Origin: Candidatus Nitrosopumilus koreensis AR1
GTDB lineage: Archaea; Thermoproteota; Nitrososphaeria; Nitrososphaerales; Nitrosopumilaceae
Length of the DNA stretch: 32,000 bases
NCBI RefSeq assembly: GCF_000299365.1
Contig: NC_018655.1
Location: 1,500,001-1,532,000 of the forward strand
Direction of reading: 5' to 3'
The notes beneath the pieces are model-generated. The model had not been told where the DNA came from, did no database searches, and saw nothing but the letters and a program-made list of their open reading frames with translations. The position numbers and the translations under genes are program-made. Below, piece by piece: positions 25,617 to 32,000 of this stretch. Position 1 is the first letter of the stretch; every line of letters starts with the position of its first letter.

Positions 25617-26448
25617 ATCAGTACAAGACATTGTAAATATGAAAAAAGAAAAGAAAAAGATCTCAGTAATTACAGGTTATGATTACACATTAGCATCACT
25701 ATGTGACAAAGCAGGAATTGATGTATTACTAGTTGGAGACAGTGCAGGAATGGTAATGCTTGGTTATGAGAATACAATTCCTGTAACAATGGATCAAATG
25801 TCTATGTTTACTGAAGCAGTTAGTAGAGCACGAGATAATGCGTTGCTTGTTGCAGATTTACCATTTATGTCATATCAAGTAAGTATAGAAGATGCAATTA
25901 ACAATTCAGGTAGATTAATCAAAGCAGGAGCTGATGCAGTTAAACTAGAAGGAGGTTCAATCATGGCAGAGACAATTAGTGCAATTGTTGATGTTGGAAT
26001 TCCTGTTATGGGTCATATTGGATTACAACCTCAAACAACAATGCTGTCACAAGGTTACAAAGTACAAGGGAAAACAAAAGATGCTGCAATAAAACTAATC
26101 CAAGATGCAAAAGAACTTGAAGAAGCTGGTGTGTTTAGTATAGCATTAGAGATGGTGAGTCATGAGGTTGCACAGATAATTTCAGAAACAGTGAGTGTGC
26201 CTACAATTGGAATTGGCTCAGGAGTAAATTGCGATGGGCAGGTGTTAGTGGTTCAAGACTTACTTGGAATGTACGACAAAATAAAGCCAAAATTTGCAAA
26301 AAGATACATGAATCTATCTGAAGACATTGTAAAATCACTTGAAGATTACAAGAATGACGTAGAATCAAGTGCATTTCCTGCAGAAGAAAATTGGTTTTCA
26401 ATGGATCCTGAAGAATTAAAAAAATTACGTGAGCAAATTGGCAGTTAA
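25609..26448 (+). CDS. panB: 3-methyl-2-oxobutanoate hydroxymethyltransferase (ketopantoate hydroxymethyltransferase)
   Basis: 279 aa. ITGYDY, LLVGDSAGMVMLGYENT, KLEGG, VMGHIGLQPQ and PTIGIGSG motifs. The TTG start overlaps the upstream gene by 8 nt. Confidence 0.93.
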   Translation: MHKSVQDIVNMKKEKKKISVITGYDYTLASLCDKAGIDVLLVGDSAGMVMLGYENTIPVTMDQMSMFTEAVSRARDNALLVADLPFMSYQVSIEDAINNSGRLIKAGADAVKLEGGSIMAETISAIVDVGIPVMGHIGLQPQTTMLSQGYKVQGKTKDAAIKLIQDAKELEEAGVFSIALEMVSHEVAQIISETVSVPTIGIGSGVNCDGQVLVVQDLLGMYDKIKPKFAKRYMNLSEDIVKSLEDYKNDVESSAFPAEENWFSMDPEELKKLREQIGS

Positions 26449-27682
26449 AAAGAAAGTAAATGATCACCCATCATTAGATATTGTTTCATCACACGGTGTA
26501 GAGTTAACAGGAAAAAAGATAGTGTTATGTGTTGCAGGAAGTGTTGCTGCATACAAAGCAATAGAGCTTGCAAGGCTGCTTATGAGACATGGTGCAGATG
26601 TAACATGTGTAGCAAGCGGTGCAGCAACAAAACTAATTCAACCTGATTATTTCAAATGGGCCACAGGAAATGACGTAATTACAAAACTCACTGGTAAGCT
26701 AGAACACATAAAATTAGCTGATTACAATCAATCAGATTTAGTAATTGTATATCCTGCAACTGCAAACACTTTGGGAAAACTTGCAAATGGTATTGATGAT
26801 ACTCCAATTTCAACAGTTTTAACTGTAGGATTTGGATCTAAAATTCCAATTTTGATGTGTCTAGCAATGCACGAATCAATGTATGATAATTCAGCTGTAA
26901 AAAACAATATTGAGTTTCTAAAAAACAAAATTCAATTTCTTTCCCCCCAAATGATTGAAGGAAAAGCAAAAGCACCAGAACCTGAAGATGTTTTAGAATT
27001 TGTGTTAAGGAAATTTGGTTTTTCATCTACATTACAAAACAAGAAAGTGTTAATGACTGCAGGACCAACAATAGAATACATTGATCCTGTTAGAGTAATA
27101 ACAAATCTTAGTTCAGGAAAGACAGGAGTGTTATTAGCTTCAGAATTAATTTCAGCTGGAGCCAAAGTTACTTTGATTTATGGTCCAGGAAGTGAAGAAC
27201 CACCCAAAGGTGCAAAAATTATCAATGTTACAACAAACAAAGAGATGTTTGATGCAACAAAAACAGAACTAAAGAAAAAATATGATATTGTGATTATGGC
27301 AGCAGCAGCATCAGACTATACCCCCGAGAATACATCAAAATCCAAGATAAAGAGTAACAAAAAATCACTCACAATCAGGCTCAAAAAAGCACCAAAAATC
27401 ATTGATCAGGTAAAAAAATCTCAAAAAAATACCATACTAGTCGGATTCAAGGCTGAAACAAATCTATCAAAAAATGCTCTAATCAAAGCAGCTAAAACTA
27501 AATTAAAAGAATCTGATGCAGATATTATAATTGCAAATGATATTGGAACAAAATATCAAAAGAATCCAAATAACAATCAAATCATAATTGTTGATGACAA
27601 AAAAATAACAACATCGGGATGGAAGAGAAAAGAGAAGATTGTGAAAATAATTAGAAAAGAAATTGAAATGAAAATGAAATGA
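26429..27682 (+). CDS. coaBC: Bifunctional phosphopantothenoylcysteine decarboxylase / phosphopantothenate-cysteine ligase
   Basis: 417 aa. N-terminal flavoprotein domain (KIVLCVAGSVAAYKAIELARLL, PATANTLGKLANGI) and C-terminal DFP domain (LMTAGPTIEYIDPVRVITNLSSGKTG, AAAASDY). The GTG start overlaps panB by 20 nt. Confidence 0.92.
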   Translation: MSKLAVKKKVNDHPSLDIVSSHGVELTGKKIVLCVAGSVAAYKAIELARLLMRHGADVTCVASGAATKLIQPDYFKWATGNDVITKLTGKLEHIKLADYNQSDLVIVYPATANTLGKLANGIDDTPISTVLTVGFGSKIPILMCLAMHESMYDNSAVKNNIEFLKNKIQFLSPQMIEGKAKAPEPEDVLEFVLRKFGFSSTLQNKKVLMTAGPTIEYIDPVRVITNLSSGKTGVLLASELISAGAKVTLIYGPGSEEPPKGAKIINVTTNKEMFDATKTELKKKYDIVIMAAAASDYTPENTSKSKIKSNKKSLTIRLKKAPKIIDQVKKSQKNTILVGFKAETNLSKNALIKAAKTKLKESDADIIIANDIGTKYQKNPNNNQIIIVDDKKITTSGWKRKEKIVKIIRKEIEMKMK

Positions 27683-27858
27683 AAAATTCTGAATTAAAAA
27701 AATTAGTATCACAATATAAAGAAACTAAAAACCAACAAAAAAAGAAGCATGCAGATAATTTTAAACTAGCTGAAAAACTAAAAGAAATAGAACACAAGTA
27801 TTTTCATGAAACAGGAAGAACATTAAAATCAGATCTAAAAGAGTTTAAAGAAAATTGA
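27679..27858 (+). CDS. Hand-found 59-aa Lys-rich helical protein
   Basis: One codon below the ORF-track cutoff. MKNSELKKLVSQYKETKNQQKKKHADNFKLAEKLKEIEHKYFHETGRTLKSDLKEFKEN. Its ATG overlaps the coaBC stop (ATGA) and its TGA overlaps the TTG start of the next gene (TTGA). A 60-codon open frame in very A/T-rich sequence is unlikely by chance. Confidence 0.45.
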   Translation: MKNSELKKLVSQYKETKNQQKKKHADNFKLAEKLKEIEHKYFHETGRTLKSDLKEFKEN

Positions 27859-28697
27859 AAGTAAAGCCATTTGATTATAAAAAACGAAACATATCAGTTT
27901 GGAATGAAGTTGCACCAAGATATCATAAAAGATGGGCAACAGCTAAAAAAGGCCCATTTCAAAGTACAAAAAAACTAGTTGAATTAGTTGGTGTAAAAAA
28001 AGGAGATCATATTCTCGATGTTGCAAGTGGAACAGGGGTTGTTACAAAATTACTAAATCAAAAGGCAGGAAAATCTGGATTTGTGGTTGGTGCAGATACA
28101 TCAACTACCGCAATCAAAGTTGCAAAAAAATGGAACATTAAATCTTCAAATTTATTATTTGTCAATGCCGATGCTGAAAACTTTTCATTTAAAGAAAAAT
28201 TTGACATTATCACATGTCAGTATGCACTGTTTTTTTTTCCAAATGCCCAAAAAGCTCTAAAAAATATGAAAAATAGCCTCAAAGAATCAGGTAAATTGGG
28301 AATATCTGTTCATGGACATCCTGATAGAGTCCCATATTTTGATAGTATTTTTGAGGCTGTAACTCAATTTATCCCAAATTATGTTCCACCTGGAACTCCA
28401 GATTTTGATAGATTTGGAACAAAAAAATCACTCAAAGATGAGATAAAAAAAGCAGGCTTTAGAAAAATCACAGTAAAAGATTACAATTTTCCATACAGCC
28501 CAGGTAATTTTGATCAATATTGGGGTAATTATCTCAGATATGTAGCAAAACCAATCAAAGAGAAATTAGATTCGCTTGAAAAATCTCAGAGAAGAGAACT
28601 CAAAGAGATGGTTAAAGAGAATACAAAACCATACACAAAAAAGAATGGTATAATTGAATTTCCTTGGGAAGTTTTAATTTTAACAGCAAAACACTAG
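27855..28697 (+). CDS. Class I SAM-dependent methyltransferase (UbiE/COQ5-like, Methyltransf_11 type)
   Basis: 280 aa. Motif I ILDVASGTGVV, post-I GADTS, and motif II/III DIITCQYALFFFPN...LKESGKLGISV. Confidence 0.85.
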   Translation: MKVKPFDYKKRNISVWNEVAPRYHKRWATAKKGPFQSTKKLVELVGVKKGDHILDVASGTGVVTKLLNQKAGKSGFVVGADTSTTAIKVAKKWNIKSSNLLFVNADAENFSFKEKFDIITCQYALFFFPNAQKALKNMKNSLKESGKLGISVHGHPDRVPYFDSIFEAVTQFIPNYVPPGTPDFDRFGTKKSLKDEIKKAGFRKITVKDYNFPYSPGNFDQYWGNYLRYVAKPIKEKLDSLEKSQRRELKEMVKENTKPYTKKNGIIEFPWEVLILTAKH

Positions 28698-28712
28698 GAA
28701 ATCAGAAGAGAA

Positions 28713-29195
28713 ATGGTTAAAGACAAAAAAAAGATAGATGAAGAGAAACCAAAAAAGTCAGGTCTAAAGGCATTTCTTAAAAAAAGAGCACCATTTTATC
28801 TTGCAGCTATTGCATTAATAGCAATTTCAGCTCAAAGCGTACTGTCAGAGAAAAATTTTGAAAATAGTCTACCAGAGTTATCAGGAGAAGAACAAAGGGC
28901 GGTAGATATTTTGATGAATTATAATGCAGGAGTAGAATCCAAATTGACTGTAAAAGAAGTGATAAAAAATCAGATAGATGAAGAATATCCAGATGAGAAA
29001 ATTTATGAACACAAGAAAACTGTTCTGGATTTGAATGTGACAAATGTAAATTCAGATGAATATAATGTAATTTTGAATTTCAAATCATACAAAGGAGAAA
29101 TGAATTTTGATTGGAATGTTAATGTTGACACCAATACAATTACATCAAATAATCCTGAATCAAAACATGTAATTGATGTGGTTACCTTTTCCTAG
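28713..29195 (+). CDS. N-terminally anchored hypothetical protein
   Basis: 160 aa. Lys-rich N-terminus, one TM helix (FYLAAIALIAISA) and a small extracytoplasmic domain. No family recognised. Confidence 0.55.
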   Translation: MVKDKKKIDEEKPKKSGLKAFLKKRAPFYLAAIALIAISAQSVLSEKNFENSLPELSGEEQRAVDILMNYNAGVESKLTVKEVIKNQIDEEYPDEKIYEHKKTVLDLNVTNVNSDEYNVILNFKSYKGEMNFDWNVNVDTNTITSNNPESKHVIDVVTFS

Positions 29196-29197
29196 GC

Positions 29198-30286
29198 TCA
29201 AATTGTGACTAAATCTTTTGTAAATTTATGCATCACAATAGGTTTTTTCTTAACAATCAAAGAATCTTCTATTCGAATTCCAAATTTATTTTCAATATAG
29301 ATTCCTGGTTCCACTGTAATTGCCATATTTTCTTTAAGTTTTGTATCGCTTCGATATGAAACTGTTGGTAGTTCATGTACCTCCAATCCAATTCCATGTC
29401 CAGTTGAATGAATAAAATATTGACCATAATTTTTTTCATCAATGTACTTTCTACATGCATGATCAACATCTTTACAATTTACATTTGGTTTTACAGCTTT
29501 TAGTCCAAGTTTTTGTGATTCTTTAACAATTTCATATGCTTCTTTTGCTTGTGATGAAATATTTCCTATTGCAAAGGTTCTTGTTGCATCAGAAACGTAT
29601 CCTTTGTATCTTAATGTAAGATCGGTTACAACAAGATCACCTTTTTTGAATTTTCTCTGTGTTACCTGAGCATGTGGTAATGCCCCATTGGGACCACCTG
29701 CAATAATTAGAGGGTTTAAAGTGGATTTGTATCCAGTATCAAACATTTGTTGTTCCATTGCATAAGTCATTAAAATCGTCTGTAATTCTGATTCTTTTTG
29801 GCCTACTTTGATCTTTTTTGCGCAGATTTCAAACATTTCATCAATGATTTTGGATGCTTTTTTGAGTATTTTGATCTCATTTTCATCTTTAATTATACGA
29901 GAATTGTAAAATGGTTCTGTAGATGATTTTATTTTTGGGACAGATTTTTTCAATGATGTCATTATAGGATAATTTTGGCAATCAGTACAAACACTGTTTT
30001 TCTTTATTTTCTTTACAAGTGAAGATACAAGACCAATTCCACGTTCTGCAGGAACAACATCACAGTCTTCAGATTCATCTTTGGCTCTTCCTACTTCAAG
30101 TTCTGGGGCAATTATAGTAGTTTTCCCATTTTTTTCTAGCAAACCTATTGCTTCACCCCAAAATCCAGTCATGTAAAAGAGGTTTTCAGGCTCAAAAGTG
30201 ACCAAAGTATCACAACTGATCTTTTGAGCATGTTTTAGTAGATTTTTTCTGCGTTGCTTCACACACAAAAAACACTCGTTTCTCAA
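29198..30286 (-). CDS. M24B-family Xaa-Pro aminopeptidase/dipeptidase
   Basis: 362 aa. Creatinase-like N-terminal domain (NLFYMTGF) and pita-bread-fold metal ligands in DLTLRYKGYVSDATRT, HSTGHGIGLEVHE and VEPGIY...RIED. Confidence 0.9.
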   Translation of the reverse strand: MRNECFLCVKQRRKNLLKHAQKISCDTLVTFEPENLFYMTGFWGEAIGLLEKNGKTTIIAPELEVGRAKDESEDCDVVPAERGIGLVSSLVKKIKKNSVCTDCQNYPIMTSLKKSVPKIKSSTEPFYNSRIIKDENEIKILKKASKIIDEMFEICAKKIKVGQKESELQTILMTYAMEQQMFDTGYKSTLNPLIIAGGPNGALPHAQVTQRKFKKGDLVVTDLTLRYKGYVSDATRTFAIGNISSQAKEAYEIVKESQKLGLKAVKPNVNCKDVDHACRKYIDEKNYGQYFIHSTGHGIGLEVHELPTVSYRSDTKLKENMAITVEPGIYIENKFGIRIEDSLIVKKKPIVMHKFTKDLVTI

Positions 30287-30334
30287 TTTATGTATGATGC
30301 AAAGTTTGTATATGGAAATTCCTCCTAGATCGCT

Positions 30335-31348
30335 GTGACTGAAGAAAAAGAGAAGAAAAAAGTGGTTGCATTACTGTCAGGCGGTTTAGACAGTCAACTT
30401 GCAGTTAGAATGATGCAAGAACAAGGATTTGATGTTTCAGCAGTTGCAATAAAAACTCCATTTTGTGATTTTGATTGCGGAAGAGGTTGTGGATTTGAGA
30501 TTAGAGAAAGAGCTGATGATCTTAATGTAAATTTGAAAACAGTATATCTTGGTGATGAATATATCGAGATGTTAAAGAATCCAAAACATGGAATTGGTGC
30601 TGGATTCAATCCATGTATTGATTGTAGAGCTATGATGTTTGATGCTGCAAAAAAACACATGGAAGAAATTGGTGCAGAATTTATTGTATCAGGAGAAGTG
30701 TTAGGTCAACGTCCAATGAGTCAACATGGACCTGCATTAAGAACTATTGAAAAAGAATCAGATCTTGTAGGAAAAATTGTGAGACCATTATCTGCTGGAT
30801 TATTACCAGAAACAATTCCTGAAAAAGAAGGTTTGATCAAAAGAGAAAATCTGGGAATGATAAGAGGTAGAACAAGAAGAAACCAATTAGACATGGCAAA
30901 AAAATATGGAATTGAGAATCCTCCTAATGCCGGGGGAGGATGTTTGTTAACAGAACCACAATTTGGAATTAAAGCTAAAGATCTTTTCAGTCATGTTGAA
31001 ACACCAACAATTAATGATATTGATTTGTTAAAAATTGGAAGACATTTTAGATTAGATGAAGAAACAAAATTAGTAGTTGGAAGAAATAAAGATGAAAACG
31101 AAATGATCAAAGCAATCGCATTACCAAATGATATTTTACTTGAGGTAAAGGATCATGTTGGACCAACTTCAATTCTACGAGGCAATAATGCAAAAAATCA
31201 TACAGAATTTGCATCATCAGTTACACTAAGATATTCAGATGCTCCAAAAGATCAATCAGAGATTGTTTTAGTAAAAAGAGGAGATGTTAGTGAAGAAATT
31301 AGTGCAAAGAGCATAGAAGAAGAAGCTTACATTAAATTTAGAATTTAG
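30335..31348 (+). CDS. PP-loop ATP pyrophosphatase family protein, MnmA/ThiI-like tRNA thiolase candidate
   Basis: 337 aa, GTG start. PP-loop VVALLSGGLDS, a Cys cluster FCDFDCGRGCG, and NPCIDCRAMMF resembling the MnmA catalytic Cys region. The exact substrate cannot be assigned. Confidence 0.65.
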   Translation: MTEEKEKKKVVALLSGGLDSQLAVRMMQEQGFDVSAVAIKTPFCDFDCGRGCGFEIRERADDLNVNLKTVYLGDEYIEMLKNPKHGIGAGFNPCIDCRAMMFDAAKKHMEEIGAEFIVSGEVLGQRPMSQHGPALRTIEKESDLVGKIVRPLSAGLLPETIPEKEGLIKRENLGMIRGRTRRNQLDMAKKYGIENPPNAGGGCLLTEPQFGIKAKDLFSHVETPTINDIDLLKIGRHFRLDEETKLVVGRNKDENEMIKAIALPNDILLEVKDHVGPTSILRGNNAKNHTEFASSVTLRYSDAPKDQSEIVLVKRGDVSEEISAKSIEEEAYIKFRI

Positions 31349-31421
31349 GCGTAAATTTCTAAAAAAATTAGTCAAAACTAAGGAAGAGTTTTTGAGGGAG
31401 TAGATCGCATTTTTAATTAGA

Positions 31422-31700
31422 ATGCAAAAACAAGAAAATACGACATTTCTAAAGGCCATAACCATTAGAGATATCAGCGATGTTCATTCGATTCAGGAAG
31501 ATATCAAAAAAGATATGATTTTGATTCTTAGGGTGACACCTCTAGCTCAAAAAGATGTAGATCAGCTTAGAAAAGTTGTTGAAGAATTGTATTCTATTGC
31601 AAAAAGTGCTGGTGCAGATATTGCAAGGTTAGGTGAAGAAAGAATTATTGTTGCTCCATCTAACATAAAGATCTGGAAGCCAGAATATGATCTAAAATAA
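31422..31700 (+). CDS. SepF-like (DUF552 / COG2450) protein, core domain only
   Basis: 92 aa. FLKAITIRDISDVHSIQEDIKKDMILILRVTPLAQKDVDQLRKVVEELYSIAKSAGADIARLGEERIIVAPSNIKI follows the archaeal SepF core pattern. That pattern is a strand, an SD/E-V helix, ILIxDxSPL, then a helix and GDIArxGExxxxxxP. Confidence 0.62.
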   Translation: MQKQENTTFLKAITIRDISDVHSIQEDIKKDMILILRVTPLAQKDVDQLRKVVEELYSIAKSAGADIARLGEERIIVAPSNIKIWKPEYDLK

Positions 31701-32000
31701 TTTTATTGCTTCTTGAATTTGAGGATAATGAGCTGGAACTCTATGCATTCTTCTAATATTCATAGCAAGGTTTTCGGATTTCTTTCTTTCACCGTGATTA
31801 ACTAAAACTCTTCGGAGTTTTGGTCTGAGTCTTTGTACAAATGACATTAATTGATTATAATCACTATGCCCACTAAATCCATCCAATTTCTCTACACCAC
31901 AATTGATAGTTACAACTTCTACTTTACCTTCTTTTCCTAACATTGTTGCTTGTTTTGATCCATCAAGCACTCTTCTTCCCAAAGTTCCATTCACCTGATA
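31692..32000 (-). CDS. Beta-CASP metallo-beta-lactamase RNase (aCPSF-type), C-terminal part; 5' end outside the window
   Basis: The frame is open from 32000. GFSGHSDYNQLMSFVQRLRPKLRRVLVNHGE is beta-CASP motif C plus the final MBL histidine region. It overlaps the convergent SepF-like gene by 9 nt. Confidence 0.8.
   Translation of the reverse strand, partial: YQVNGTLGRRVLDGSKQATMLGKEGKVEVVTINCGVEKLDGFSGHSDYNQLMSFVQRLRPKLRRVLVNHGERKKSENLAMNIRRMHRVPAHYPQIQEAIKLF

Noticed and set aside
5798-31348. Rhodanese (5798..6574) and PP-loop thiolase-like gene (30335..31348) as one sulfur-relay system
   Set aside because: They are 24 kb apart on opposite strands with many unrelated genes between them. 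A functional link is possible but is not supported by anything in this sequence.
1-32000. Mobile elements, prophage remnants, integration hot-spots
   Set aside because: No integrase, transposase or tRNA gene is present, I saw no terminal inverted or direct repeats, and composition and gene density are uniform across the window.

Overview
AT-rich archaeal chromosome segment. Gene content and order look like a marine ammonia-oxidising thaumarchaeon (Nitrosopumilus-like); this placement rests on recognised protein families and my memory of that gene neighbourhood, not on a search. The window is densely coding (about 41 genes) and mostly core housekeeping. Contents, in order:
- A-type ATPase genes: atpB (partial), atpA and atpE on the minus strand, a divergent atpI, and a displaced atpC.
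- An Amt ammonium transporter with a divergent winged-helix-like gene.
- A tandem-rhodanese sulfurtransferase.
- A tightly coupled tmk / HD-phosphohydrolase / pyrH nucleotide operon.
- hsp20, and an ABC1/UbiB kinase operon.
- A MacB/Lol-type ABC transporter operon with a three-domain surface protein, next to a tandem Lrp/AsnC regulator.
- Nudix hydrolase and an AbrB-PhoU regulator.
- An archaeal-type CoA operon: pantoate kinase, phosphopantothenate synthetase, panB, coaBC.
- A SAM methyltransferase, an M24 peptidase, a PP-loop thiolase-like protein, a SepF-like protein and the 3' end of a beta-CASP RNase.

I found no rRNA, tRNA, CRISPR array, transposase, integrase or long repeat, and no convincing defence or mobile island. 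I therefore cannot point to a clear new multi-gene system.

The most checkable oddities are:
1. The HD-phosphohydrolase's conserved N-terminus has no canonical start, and an ATGA-coupled ATG sits one frame off across an A7 run.
2. A 40-aa classical C2H2 zinc-finger ORF is missed by the ORF track, which calls an antisense ORF instead.
3. A stand-alone Cas4-like protein has a four-cysteine Fe-S signature and a degenerate catalytic motif.
4. A perfect 6-1-6 palindrome lies just upstream of the amt TATA box, in the intergenic region shared with a divergent wHTH-like gene.
5. Several hand-found micro-ORFs have correctly spaced TATA boxes or overlapping start/stop junctions.
6. A SepF-like protein has no N-terminal membrane-targeting segment.

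All family assignments come from motif recognition by eye; no BLAST or HMM search was possible.
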